Shown here: positions 36,850 through 46,339 of the stretch, piece after piece
Layout: each line of letters opens with the position of its first letter
How positions within the stretch are numbered: the first letter of the stretch is position 1
Assembly (NCBI GenBank): GCA_003165335.1
Contig: PLTD01000217.1
Span: 6,247-70,246, forward strand
Origin: Rhodospirillales bacterium
Lineage (GTDB): Bacteria; Pseudomonadota; Alphaproteobacteria; BOG-932; Roseiterribacteraceae
Length of the DNA: 64,000 nt
Reading direction: 5' to 3'
Notes under the pieces: model-generated
Told to the model about the DNA's origin: nothing
Databases searched by the model: none
What the model saw: only the letters and a program-made list of their open reading frames with translations
Position numbers and translations under genes: made by a program

Positions 36850-37371
36850 TCACCCGGCATGCACGCCCGAGCCGCGGACGCCATGAAAACCTGCGGCCAT
36901 ATCGCGGCGGAAATGATGATAATCGTCACGGCGAAAGGCGTGGCCCGGGCCGTCGGTGAAGTAGAAATAGCCGTCGGCAGCCCAATATCCGTCATAGAAC
37001 GGGCCATAAAAATCGTCGTAATAGCCGCTATAGGCCAGCGACCCCGGCAGGACCGTCGGACCAGTGACCGAGACCGGCCCCGGACCGGCAACGCCCTGGA
37101 CGCATTCGAACACGACAACCCTGCTGTCCGGGCCCTGGTCGATATGGGCTGTTCTCGGCACCGCCTGGTACTGGCTGCAATAGGTCGCCGCGCTCTGGTT
37201 GGCCTGCAGCAGCTCTGCGTCGTTATGATATTGATAGGTGATGCTCGGATTGCTGGCCTGCACCACGGAAGGGGTCGTATAGCGCGGCACGCACCCCGTC
37301 GCCATCAAACCGGCCAGCACGACTGCGCCCTGAACGCTCGCTTTGAAAGCGTGAGAAGAATAGACGGTCAT
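36850..37371 (-). CDS. hypothetical lipoprotein with Tyr/Asp/Gly-rich C-terminus
   Basis: 173 aa from MTVYSS. It has a lipobox (LMATGC) and the C-terminal segment YSGYYDDFYGPFYDGYWAADGYFYFTDGPGH. I recognise no family. Confidence 0.45.
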   Translation of the reverse strand: MTVYSSHAFKASVQGAVVLAGLMATGCVPRYTTPSVVQASNPSITYQYHNDAELLQANQSAATYCSQYQAVPRTAHIDQGPDSRVVVFECVQGVAGPGPVSVTGPTVLPGSLAYSGYYDDFYGPFYDGYWAADGYFYFTDGPGHAFRRDDYHHFRRDMAAGFHGVRGSGVHAG

Positions 37372-37573
37372 TTGATAAAAGCCCCTGCTATTCGATCGCC
37401 GTCGGCAATCGAAATATGTCACTGGAGCCAATTCGGTCGCGCCGCCGGACCGGCAGGCGCGACACTGGCCCGATGTCACAGGAACCCGGGAAATGACCTA
37501 CTGTTCCGCACTGTTGAAAACGGGCAGTACCCTTTTGGGCGCCATCGCACAGACGATGGCGCCCAGGTAAAAC

Positions 37574-38743
37574 TTACTCCGCAGCGATCGCGATCGTCGG
37601 CGATGCCTTGCCCGGCCGCTTCGCACGGAAATACGGGATCACGTAGCGGCCGATATTGGAGATCGTCTGCAACTGCGCCCATTGCGGCACAGTGCCCATC
37701 TGGCAGATGAAGAGTATTTCATCGGCCCCGGCCTCGATCAGCTTTTCGACATAGCCGATGCAATCCTCAACCGTGCCATAGGCATGGTTCGGGTTAGACA
37801 GCATCAGGCTGGGGTCGCTGAAATCGACCGTGATCTTTTCCGACGCCCACTGGGACTTGATCACGGTCTGGCCGGTCGTCGTCTCGACCGTGTCATCCGC
37901 GTCGGCCCAGGCGTTCCAATCGGGCAGCGGCCCGCCGCCGTTCCAATAGGTGATTGCCTCCATGAAGAAACGCTGGCCGCGGATACCGATCTTGCGAGCC
38001 TCTTTGCCATTATCCAGCACAATGGCGGGGCACAAGGCCGCCAGATGCTCGATCGGGCGGAACCCGACCTGCTCTTCAGGTTTGCGGCTGGCCCAGGCCT
38101 CGCGGTAGATGCGGTTCTTGTTGGCGACGTCGTCCGGCCCGCCGAAACCCAGCACCAGCGCACCCATGCCGCGCTTGCCAGCCTTGGTCAGCGTATCGGT
38201 GTTGGTACAGGCCAGATACATCGGGGGATGCGGATCCTGATAGGGCTTGGGATGGATCGGCCGCTTCGGGATGTCGATATATTTGCCGTGATGCTCGATT
38301 TCGTCCTGCACCATGATCTTGGGAATCAGGTACATGGATTCGTCGATCTGCTCCGGCAGGGTGTTCAGGTCATAGCCGAACGTGCCGGATTCCTGCTGCG
38401 TGCCACCCTTGCCAACGCCGAAATGAACACGGCCCTTCGACAAGATATCAAGGCAGCCGATGCGCTCCGCCACCTTGACCGGATGGTTCATGTTGGGCGG
38501 CAGGCAGACGACGCCATGGCCGATGCCGATGCGGCTGGTCTTGCCCGCGATGAAGGCCAGGAACGTCTCCGGCACGCTCATATGCGCGTAATAGGTCAGT
38601 GCCGTGTGTTCGACGCACCAGATGATGTCGAAGCCGACTTCCTCGGCCAGCATCACTTGCTCGACCATGTCATCGAAGACCTTGCGGTCGCCTGCCCGCG
38701 ATGCATCCGTCGTCTGGGCTTCATAAATCAAAGAAAATCGCAT
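37574..38743 (-). CDS. LLM-class (luciferase-like) flavin-dependent oxidoreductase
   Basis: 389 aa. MRFSLIYEAQ...AEEVGFDIIWCVEHT...GRVHFGVGKG is a typical luciferase-like monooxygenase pattern. Confidence 0.8.
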   Translation of the reverse strand: MRFSLIYEAQTTDASRAGDRKVFDDMVEQVMLAEEVGFDIIWCVEHTALTYYAHMSVPETFLAFIAGKTSRIGIGHGVVCLPPNMNHPVKVAERIGCLDILSKGRVHFGVGKGGTQQESGTFGYDLNTLPEQIDESMYLIPKIMVQDEIEHHGKYIDIPKRPIHPKPYQDPHPPMYLACTNTDTLTKAGKRGMGALVLGFGGPDDVANKNRIYREAWASRKPEEQVGFRPIEHLAALCPAIVLDNGKEARKIGIRGQRFFMEAITYWNGGGPLPDWNAWADADDTVETTTGQTVIKSQWASEKITVDFSDPSLMLSNPNHAYGTVEDCIGYVEKLIEAGADEILFICQMGTVPQWAQLQTISNIGRYVIPYFRAKRPGKASPTIAIAAE

Positions 38744-38878
38744 GTCCCTCTCCCGTCGGCGTATTCATTGCACAGAATGGGCATCGCGACCGCCGCGTCG
38801 CGCTTTCAATATTCAGCATTTGCGGTTTCGGGGCATCGTCTATTCGGGTGAGCCTGAAAGTCGCGCCCCGTTACGACG

Positions 38879-40144
38879 TCAATCACCGAAACGCTGCTGA
38901 ACATGGCGCCTACGCTCGGCGATTTCCGCGCTGCGTTGGTCCGCGGCGAATACCGGCGTATCGGCCGGCAGATACTTGCGCAACTCTGACAGTTTCACCT
39001 TTAGGGTTGTCGGCCATTTATCCTTGGCGAATTCCGCCTCCTTCATCCCGTCATAGCGAAGCAATATGACGCCCTGGCGCAGCCCATCCGTATCCAGCCA
39101 GTTCTGCACGCCCGGGTCCTTGGCCGAGATCACGAAATGAAAGGCGCCATCGGCTGTGCGGTAAGCCTGATCGGCGGTCAGGCTGCTCTGGCGGTTGGCA
39201 TATTCAAGCGATGAGAACCAGCGGTCGGTCAGTTGGATGCCCTGGTAGTTCGCGCTCGTCGGCCATGTGGTCACGATCAGCGCCTCGTCGTCGGCCAGAT
39301 CGAAATGCCCCTCGGTCATCCAACGGCCCTTCACCCCGCCCTGGGCGGAGGGGTCCATCGGCGGGATCAGCGTATTGGCCGGTATGGCGTTGACATAGCG
39401 GTCCAGCACAAAGCTCGGCCAGACCTTGACGATCATCAGCAGGTCCTTGGCCGCTTTGTTCAGCTTGGCAGCCATCGCGGCCTCGCTCAGCGGCGGCTTC
39501 AGCGCACCCTCGAAGCCGACGCGGTCGATATGGACCTCGCCCGGTGTTTCGTTCTTCCAATCGCTGAATATCTGCCGGACCATGATCTTGGTCGCGTCCG
39601 GCGCATTCTCCATCCAGTTTCCGTCGCGCTTCGCGGGCGACAGGAAAACCTCAAAGCTGCCGTCCTTGCCGAAGGTCACATTCTCCATTGCCAGGTTCGA
39701 GACGACCCGCCCGCCGCCTTTGACGTAGGGGTCGCCGGCATAGATCTGGAAATCGATCCGCCGCTGTTTCCCAAGCCGACCCCACACGCGGTATGTCTCG
39801 CCGCCGCGGATCGGTGCGAACAGATAGCGCTGATCGGGGTTGTCGCCGCCTTCGCGGATACGGAAATCCAGCACCCGGAAGAACGGGAAGTCGGCATCCA
39901 GAACGACATCCTCCTCCAGGGTGCGGATCATCATGCTGGAGATAAATGCCAGGCCCGAGGCGCGGCTTTCTGCGTCTTTGTAGAACGGGTGCTGCTCGAC
40001 AAAGTCCCGCGATTCCTTCACCGCATCCATGAAACGGCTGAAGGCCTGATCCATGGCAGCCGCGTCGCCGGGCTCATCGGCACGCAAAGGGAGAGCGAAC
40101 CCGATCAGGATCATGACCGCACAAGCGATCGTGCGAAGCTTCAT
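38879..40144 (-). CDS. exported DUF1214-like protein
   Basis: 421 aa with a signal peptide (ILIGFALPLRA-DE). The C-terminal segment ...YQGIQLTDRWFSSLEYANRQSSLTADQ...DGAFHFVISAKDPGVQNWLDTDGLRQGVILLRY fits the DUF1214 pattern as I recall it. A paralogue lies at 40961-42337. Confidence 0.45.
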   Translation of the reverse strand: MKLRTIACAVMILIGFALPLRADEPGDAAAMDQAFSRFMDAVKESRDFVEQHPFYKDAESRASGLAFISSMMIRTLEEDVVLDADFPFFRVLDFRIREGGDNPDQRYLFAPIRGGETYRVWGRLGKQRRIDFQIYAGDPYVKGGGRVVSNLAMENVTFGKDGSFEVFLSPAKRDGNWMENAPDATKIMVRQIFSDWKNETPGEVHIDRVGFEGALKPPLSEAAMAAKLNKAAKDLLMIVKVWPSFVLDRYVNAIPANTLIPPMDPSAQGGVKGRWMTEGHFDLADDEALIVTTWPTSANYQGIQLTDRWFSSLEYANRQSSLTADQAYRTADGAFHFVISAKDPGVQNWLDTDGLRQGVILLRYDGMKEAEFAKDKWPTTLKVKLSELRKYLPADTPVFAADQRSAEIAERRRHVQQRFGD

Positions 40145-40161
40145 TGCCGCCCTCCCCTTTT

Positions 40162-40950
40162 TTATGGACGCTCTTTGAACGCCTTGAGCCAGCCCAAAGT
40201 CTCACCTGTCGGACCCGCCGGAAAATACTCCGCGCCATACCATCCGACATAGCCTTCCGCTTCCAGCGCTGCAAAGGCCGCCGGAAAGTCGATTGTCCCT
40301 GAACCCGGCTCCCGCCGGCCCGGCGCATCTGAGAACTGAACATGGCGGATCAGGTCACGGTACAAATCCGCCGCCTGCACCAGATCGTCGCCAGCGCAGG
40401 TTAGGTGATAGAGGTCGAACAATAGTCCCACCCGCCCGCCGAACCGGCGCCTCAATATATCGGCCGCCTTGCCGACGCTCTGAAACAATGCGGTCGGCGC
40501 GTCCAGCGGGTTCATTGGCTCAAGAACCAGCGTGAACGCCGCGCCATTGGCCTCGGACACCGCAGCCTCGGCATTGGCGACATAGGCATCCAGGCATTGC
40601 GACCGGCTGACACCCGATGGGATGCGCGAGGGGCCGAGATGGACAAACGACGCACCGAGCTGCGATGCGGCGTCGAAGGCATTGCCAACCGCGTCTCTAA
40701 ACGCCGCCTCGCGTCCGGGAACGCCCGACAGCCCGTTCCCGCCTTGCAGGTAATCCCCCATATCGACATTGACGAGCACCACATCGACACCGGCAGAGCG
40801 TGCGGCATCGGCCATCTCGCCCGCGTCCCCCTCGCTCAGCACCTGAATTTCGACGCCGTCGAAGCCTGCCGCCTTCGCGGCAGCAAATCGTTCGATCAGC
40901 GGTAACTCGCGGAACATGAAGCTGACGCTAGCTGAGAACTTGCGACCCAT
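40162..40950 (-). CDS. hydroxypyruvate isomerase family protein (xylose-isomerase-like TIM barrel)
   Basis: 262 aa from MGRKFSASVSFMFRELPLIERFAAAKAAGFDGVEI, aligning with the E. coli Hyi N-terminus (LRFSANLSMLF...FEKAAQCGFRGVEF). Confidence 0.65.
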   Translation of the reverse strand: MGRKFSASVSFMFRELPLIERFAAAKAAGFDGVEIQVLSEGDAGEMADAARSAGVDVVLVNVDMGDYLQGGNGLSGVPGREAAFRDAVGNAFDAASQLGASFVHLGPSRIPSGVSRSQCLDAYVANAEAAVSEANGAAFTLVLEPMNPLDAPTALFQSVGKAADILRRRFGGRVGLLFDLYHLTCAGDDLVQAADLYRDLIRHVQFSDAPGRREPGSGTIDFPAAFAALEAEGYVGWYGAEYFPAGPTGETLGWLKAFKERP

Positions 40951-40960
40951 TCTGCCTGGT

Positions 40961-42337
40961 TCAATCCAGCCGTAGGGCATAGGAGCGTGCGCGATCAGCC
41001 AGTTGGATGCGTCGCTGGAACGCCGACAGCAGTTGTACTTCCGAGGGCATGGCGCCCTTGAGCTGCGACAGTTTCACCACTTTGACCGAGCGGATCGCAT
41101 GATCCGGGGACACGGTCTTGTCAGTCAATTCCTGCCAGCGCAGAGTTATCAGCCCGGCATGCATGCCGACGCTATCGATCCAGTTACGATAACCCGGGTC
41201 GCGGGGGCATAGAACATAAGTAAAGCTGCCGTCGGCCGATGGTGCGGCCTGGTGGTTGTTCAGGCTGCTCGTGTGACGGATATAGTCCGGAGCGACACTC
41301 CAGGGATCGGCGATCTGAAAGCCCAGGTAGCGCGCGCCGGCCGGATCCAATGTCACGACCAGCGCCTCGTCCGGCTTCAGATCAAAGCGCGCCATAACGG
41401 CAAAGCCCCAACCTCCGTCGCGTCGGCGAGGCGTCTCGATCACATTGGCGGGATGGGCATAGATATAGTCATTGTCGAATTTCAGCCAGAACGGAACCAT
41501 GGAGCGCATCAGCTGGATCGCCTGCTCGGCAATGACCTTGTTCGTCGGTTGCGGCTTCAGCGGCGGACCGTCCGCACGCGCAACGGCAAGTCCGTTCGGT
41601 CGCTCTTTCGACCAATCCGACAGAGTGTCGCGCACGATCAATATCTCGTCGGGGTTGTCGCCGCTCTGAATATGGTTGCCCGGGCCATTCGCGCCATCGT
41701 GATCGATAGTGATTGTAAAAGACCCGTCTGACGCAACGGACAGGTCTCGCGCTGTCAGCGCGCCCAAGACTGGTGAACCTTCGAACACGGCCTGCTTTTC
41801 GGTACCGCCTGAGCCAGGACGGGTCTTATAGAGCGTAAAGCTCTCCTGAAGCGGCCCGTCCTGCCTGATTCTGCCGGTAATCGTGTAGCGCGCTGCGCCG
41901 TCTATCGGGATGTTTCGGTAGAAATTGTCCGGATTGTCGATGCCATGCCCGGACCCGGGAACATGCAGCGCGCGCCAGTCATGGGTGGCAGCGGTTGCCC
42001 AGCTGATTTTCGGTCGGTCCGGATCGTTATTGGCTGCCGCAAGTACTGACGCGAAGGCCACCGATCCCAAACCCGCTTCCAACCTTGCGCGTCCGTCCTG
42101 CTGACTCGCCTCGGGGTCCTCCACATACAGCGCGCGAAGCCTCGATTTTTCCGCCTGCACTGAAGGCATTGCGAACACGGCGACTGCCTGCCGATCGACC
42201 GCAACCTGGTCGTCTGAAATGGCCGCCGCGCCGATACCCGGGGCAAAACCGGCGAGGCTCAAACAAATCGTTACGGATGCCGCTCCAACTGATCGAATGC
42301 TGTTCAAGCTGTTTTCCCCGAATATGCGCGAGCCCAT
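40961..42337 (-). CDS. exported DUF1214-like protein (paralogue)
   Basis: 458 aa with a signal-like N-terminus. It shares blocks with the 38879 ORF: DNPDxxYxxxPI, GARYLGFQIADPWSVAP...DGSFTYVLCPRDPGYRNWIDSVGMHAGLITLRW. Confidence 0.45.
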   Translation of the reverse strand: MGSRIFGENSLNSIRSVGAASVTICLSLAGFAPGIGAAAISDDQVAVDRQAVAVFAMPSVQAEKSRLRALYVEDPEASQQDGRARLEAGLGSVAFASVLAAANNDPDRPKISWATAATHDWRALHVPGSGHGIDNPDNFYRNIPIDGAARYTITGRIRQDGPLQESFTLYKTRPGSGGTEKQAVFEGSPVLGALTARDLSVASDGSFTITIDHDGANGPGNHIQSGDNPDEILIVRDTLSDWSKERPNGLAVARADGPPLKPQPTNKVIAEQAIQLMRSMVPFWLKFDNDYIYAHPANVIETPRRRDGGWGFAVMARFDLKPDEALVVTLDPAGARYLGFQIADPWSVAPDYIRHTSSLNNHQAAPSADGSFTYVLCPRDPGYRNWIDSVGMHAGLITLRWQELTDKTVSPDHAIRSVKVVKLSQLKGAMPSEVQLLSAFQRRIQLADRARSYALRLD

Positions 42338-42480
42338 TCCTGCAGCCCTTGATCTATCTCATCGTCTCAGCGTTCCGCGACATATTCAATCTTGCGCTTG
42401 AAGCGGGCTTCTCTTGCGTCTTTTCTTGAGCCGGATTACGCCCATTGTTTAATGCGGGTCCAAGGACCGAAGAGGACATC

Positions 42481-43296
42481 ATGGACGATATTCCCTATCT
42501 CTTGCGCGGCATCACCCAGATGACGACAGCGTCGAGCACGTTGATCAGCTCATCGCGCTATCTGAACAGCCCGCGCATGCGCGAATGGGTGGCGCAGGAA
42601 CTGCTGCGCAAGAACGGACCGGACCTGCCGACGCCGTCGGGCGCTTTCCAACTCTCCTTCATCATCAAGGAGATGCAGAACTACGCCGAGATCGACGCGA
42701 TGATGGAGGAGGAACGCAAGCATAACGCAAAGCTGGACCGCTTCCTCTCCGAGCGTTTCGTCTCAAGCTACACGCTGGATGACCTGTCCAAATATCCGCA
42801 GGGGTCAGTGGCCGCCCAGTTCTACAAGCAGCTTCACGACGGCAATTACCAGGTCAATATCGTCCCGCCCTATGAGGCCAAAGGCAACTACGACTATTGG
42901 CTGCTCAGGTCCGGCCAGTCGCACGATCTGGAGCACATCATCACCTCGGGCGGGTTCGATTCTCTGGGCGAGGTCGTGGTCGGGCTAGCCAAGCTTGAGA
43001 ATATCTACAAGCATTTCAGCCCCGAGTTGGCGAACGAGCTGGCGGTCATGCAGTTCTTCACCTCGTTCCGCTTCATCTCGCGCATGGCCTGCCACTATCC
43101 CCATGTTTGGCACCACATGTGGGCGGCGGTCGACCGCGGGCGCAAGATCGGCACGGCGTCGGATTGCTATGTCATATCCAAGTACGAGGACGTCTTTCAC
43201 CTGACCCCGGCCGAGGCCCGCGAGGCGCTGGGAGTCCGCGAAGTTGAGGAGGTCGACACTGCAGCCGCCTCAGCCATCTGGGACGGTCGCGCCTGA
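42481..43296 (+). CDS. Coq4 family protein
   Basis: 271 aa from MDDIPY, with RBS GAAGAGGA upstream. It carries the Coq4 zinc-ligand motif HDLEH-x11-E (SHDLEHIITSGGFDSLGEVVV). Confidence 0.65.
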   Translation: MDDIPYLLRGITQMTTASSTLISSSRYLNSPRMREWVAQELLRKNGPDLPTPSGAFQLSFIIKEMQNYAEIDAMMEEERKHNAKLDRFLSERFVSSYTLDDLSKYPQGSVAAQFYKQLHDGNYQVNIVPPYEAKGNYDYWLLRSGQSHDLEHIITSGGFDSLGEVVVGLAKLENIYKHFSPELANELAVMQFFTSFRFISRMACHYPHVWHHMWAAVDRGRKIGTASDCYVISKYEDVFHLTPAEAREALGVREVEEVDTAAASAIWDGRA

Positions 43297-43452
43297 TCTG
43301 CCGCAAACAACCTGTTCGGCAGGCGCAATGGGACGGCTGGTCTTCGGATAATCGACGGCGGACCGTCGCCATAGCGACGAATTCGGATGCAACTCAGCAG
43401 CCGCATGTGAGCTTCGCGTAAAATCGGGACGCGGCGTTTGCGCGCCGGTTCT

Positions 43453-43481
43453 TTCACTTTGCGTTATATTTCTGCTAGAAT
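43453..43481 (+). promoter_or_regulatory. candidate sigma70-type promoter for cassette 2
   Basis: TTCACT (43453-43458), a 17-nt spacer, then TAGAAT (43476-43481), about 58 nt upstream of the ATG at 43540. This is a sequence match only. Confidence 0.3.
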
Positions 43482-43539
43482 AAACGGTCCGTGTATGCGC
43501 CCCGGAAGAAGCGTGGCGGCAGGTTTCGGGAGGGGCGCA

Positions 43540-44688
43540 ATGGCACGATTGAATTCGATCTTCTGTTCGGCGGCGGCGATGGCCGGCTTGCTGGCTCTTG
43601 GCGCGAACGCCTCGGCGGGTGAGGCCAAGGGCTTTGCGGTCACTTGGTTCCAGCCTGCCATGTACACGGCCGACGACGATTGCCCGGATGGCCTCAACAA
43701 ATCGCCTGATTTCAAAGCGATCTTCGCGGCTGAGGGCAAGACGCCTGAACAGATCAAGGATCTGATCGACCATCCCAATTCCAAGGAATTCGCCGACGCC
43801 GTAATCAATCGCGGTCCACACGGCGAGAATGTCTGCGCCGACCCGGCCTCGGCTCCCGACCCGGGCCAAAAGACGGTACAGGGTAAGATTGCTTTCGGCT
43901 TCAACCTCGATGGCAAGACCGATTCGGGCAGCACGCCTGCGCCCAACACCTGCGCACATGCCAAATTCACAAGCCCTGATGGAACGCCCGGCATCGACAA
44001 CCAGCATTATCGGGCTCTCGGCTGCATGATCGCGCTTCGCGGAAAACGCGGCCACGACGGGTTCGTGCTCAGCTACATCATGGAGCGGATGAAAGCCGAG
44101 GGCCTGCGGACCTATCTTATCGAGATCAAGGGAATAAATGATCCGAAAGACAATAAGGATGTTGAGGTCGGCGTCTATCTCGGCAGCGACCCTTTGGTAC
44201 TGGACGCCAAAGGCGAAGTCCGTCGCGACACGACGCAGCGGGTCAGTAAGGATGTACGCTGGCACAATGTTGTCCACGGCTCGATGAAGGACGGCGTCAT
44301 CACGACCGACGTCTTTGACCTGAACCTGCTGGGCGACCCAATCTGGGTGCCGGAGTTTCATTTCAAGCAGGCCAGGCTACAGCTTACGGTTCAACCGAAC
44401 GGAGACATCAAAGGTACGCTGGGCGGCTACCAGGATGTCATGACGATGTACTACAACACCGTGAAGTCCGGTATTTTGTTTGAGACGACCAACGCGGCCT
44501 CGTGCCCGGGCGTCTATTACGCGCTGAAAAGGCTGGCGGACGGATATCCCGACCCTAAGACGGGCGAGTGCACACAAATTTCCACCGATTTCAATATCGA
44601 GGCGATCCCGGCCTTCGTGCTGCATCAGCCCGGTGACACCGGAAAGACCAAGACAGCCCAAGCGACGCCCGCAGGCCATCAGGACTAG
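43540..44688 (+). CDS. exported protein of unknown family (cassette 2, gene 1; paralogue of 14251-15441)
   Basis: 382 aa from MARLNS, with RBS GGGAGGGG and a signal peptide ending ANASAG-EAKG. It shares conserved blocks with the cassette 1 protein. The 416-aa maximal ORF start is unlikely. Confidence 0.7.
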   Translation: MARLNSIFCSAAAMAGLLALGANASAGEAKGFAVTWFQPAMYTADDDCPDGLNKSPDFKAIFAAEGKTPEQIKDLIDHPNSKEFADAVINRGPHGENVCADPASAPDPGQKTVQGKIAFGFNLDGKTDSGSTPAPNTCAHAKFTSPDGTPGIDNQHYRALGCMIALRGKRGHDGFVLSYIMERMKAEGLRTYLIEIKGINDPKDNKDVEVGVYLGSDPLVLDAKGEVRRDTTQRVSKDVRWHNVVHGSMKDGVITTDVFDLNLLGDPIWVPEFHFKQARLQLTVQPNGDIKGTLGGYQDVMTMYYNTVKSGILFETTNAASCPGVYYALKRLADGYPDPKTGECTQISTDFNIEAIPAFVLHQPGDTGKTKTAQATPAGHQD

Positions 44689-44689
44689 C

Positions 44690-46339
44690 ATGAACAGAGT
44701 TTTAAAATTCGGCGTCGCAGCTGCGTTCGTCCTCGGCACGCTCGTCAGTTGCGGCAACAACGACGAACCGCAGTCTTCCGGCGGGCCTATCGTGGTCAGG
44801 CGGCTGACTCAAGAGCAATATCAGACGATCATTGCGGATATATTCGGCGCGGATATTAAGATCGGCGGCAGGTTCGAACCCGATCTACGCAAATCCGGAC
44901 TGCTCGCGATCGGAGCCGGTGAGGTCAGCGTTACACCGGCCGGCTTCGAGCAATATGACAGCATGGCGCGCGGTGCTGCCGGTCAGATCGTGGACGAACA
45001 GCACCGCGACATGCTGATCGGTTGTAAACCGGCGTCAGTGAAGGCGCCCGACGAGACATGCGCCAAATCCTTCTATTCCAAAGTCGGACGCCTCCTCTAC
45101 AGACGTCCCTTAACTGCGGACGAGCTCAACGCCCAACTGGCGATAGCCGATGCCGCCACTGTGAAACTCGGCAACTTCTATACCGGTCTGGCGATGGGCC
45201 TAACCGGGATGCTGGAAGCGCCGCAGTTCCTGTTTCGCCGCGAAGTCGCAGAAGCCGACCCCGACAATGCGGGACAACAGCGGCTGAACGCCTTTTCAAA
45301 GGCCACACGCCTCAGCTTTTTTCTATGGAACACCACGCCGGACGATGAGTTGTTGACCGCCGCCGAGAACGGCGATCTCAATTCGTCACGGGGGTTGGCC
45401 CGTCAAGCCGACCGCCTTATGGCTTCGCCCCGCCTCACCGCGGGAGCACGCGCTTTCTTCAACGATATGATGGGGTTCGACGCCTTCGCAGACCTGTCGA
45501 AAGACACGACGATCTATCCCAAGTTCACCAACGCCGTCATCGCTGACGCGCAGGAGCAGACCCTGCGAACAATCACGGACCATCTGCTGGTCGCAAAAGG
45601 TGACTACCGTGACCTCTTCACGACACGTAAAACATTCATGACGCCGCTGCTGGGAACGATTTATCGCGTGCCGGTTGAAACCCATGAAGGTTGGGAGGCA
45701 CATGAGTTTCCGGCAGACGATCCACGAGCCGGCCTACTGACACAAATCAGCTTCTTGTCGCTCCATTCCACGCCTGGCCGCAGTTCGCCCACAATCCGCG
45801 GCAAAGCGCTTCGTGAAGTTCTGCTTTGCGAAAAAGTGCCGGATCCGCCAGGCAACGTGAACTTCAATCTGGTTCAGGATACCAAGAACCCGCAATACCG
45901 CACAGCGCGGGCCCGGCTCAGCGCCCACGCGATCCAGGCCACCTGTAAGGGCTGCCACCGGCTGATCGACCCGATGGGGCTGGGGTTGGAGCAGTTCGAT
46001 TCGCTGGGCGAGTACCGCCCAACCGAAAACGAAACACCGATTGATGCCTCGGGTGAATTGGACGGAGTGAAATTCACCGACGCCGCCAGTCTCGGCCGCG
46101 CGCTGCACGACAATCCGGCTACGGCGTCCTGTCTGGTCAACAGGCTGTATGCCTATGCTGCTGGGCGCGCTGCGGGCAAGGGCGAGGCCGATTGGATGAA
46201 GTATCTCGACACCAGCTTCGCTGCCGATGGCTATCGTCTGCCCGCTCTGATGCACCGCATTGTGACCAGCGAAGCATTCTATCGGATTGCCGCTCCAGAA
46301 ACGGCCGCAGTCAGCTCAACCAAGGAGAGCGCTCAATGA
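44690..46339 (+). CDS. DUF1587/1592/1595/1588/1585 (PSD/PSCyt3-type) lipoprotein with CxxCH motif (cassette 2, gene 2)
   Basis: 549 aa from MNRVLK with a lipobox (LVSC-G), RRLTQEQYQTIIADIFG, LYRRPLTADEL, and QATCKGCHRLIDPMGLGLEQFDSLGEYR (CKGCH at 45944-45958). It starts 1 nt after the upstream TAG. Confidence 0.8.
   Translation: MNRVLKFGVAAAFVLGTLVSCGNNDEPQSSGGPIVVRRLTQEQYQTIIADIFGADIKIGGRFEPDLRKSGLLAIGAGEVSVTPAGFEQYDSMARGAAGQIVDEQHRDMLIGCKPASVKAPDETCAKSFYSKVGRLLYRRPLTADELNAQLAIADAATVKLGNFYTGLAMGLTGMLEAPQFLFRREVAEADPDNAGQQRLNAFSKATRLSFFLWNTTPDDELLTAAENGDLNSSRGLARQADRLMASPRLTAGARAFFNDMMGFDAFADLSKDTTIYPKFTNAVIADAQEQTLRTITDHLLVAKGDYRDLFTTRKTFMTPLLGTIYRVPVETHEGWEAHEFPADDPRAGLLTQISFLSLHSTPGRSSPTIRGKALREVLLCEKVPDPPGNVNFNLVQDTKNPQYRTARARLSAHAIQATCKGCHRLIDPMGLGLEQFDSLGEYRPTENETPIDASGELDGVKFTDAASLGRALHDNPATASCLVNRLYAYAAGRAAGKGEADWMKYLDTSFAADGYRLPALMHRIVTSEAFYRIAAPETAAVSSTKESAQ

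Noticed and set aside
37682-40252. Long plus-strand ORFs (37682-38851, 389 aa; 39233-40252, 339 aa).
   Set aside because: They are exact shadows of the LLM oxidoreductase and DUF1214-like genes on the minus strand. They have Arg/His/Asp-rich, low-complexity translations.
43270-44361. A 363-aa minus-strand ORF overlapping the first gene of cassette 2.
   Set aside because: The plus-strand gene has a paralogue with conserved blocks, an RBS and a signal peptide. The minus-strand product has no motifs and an antisense-type composition.
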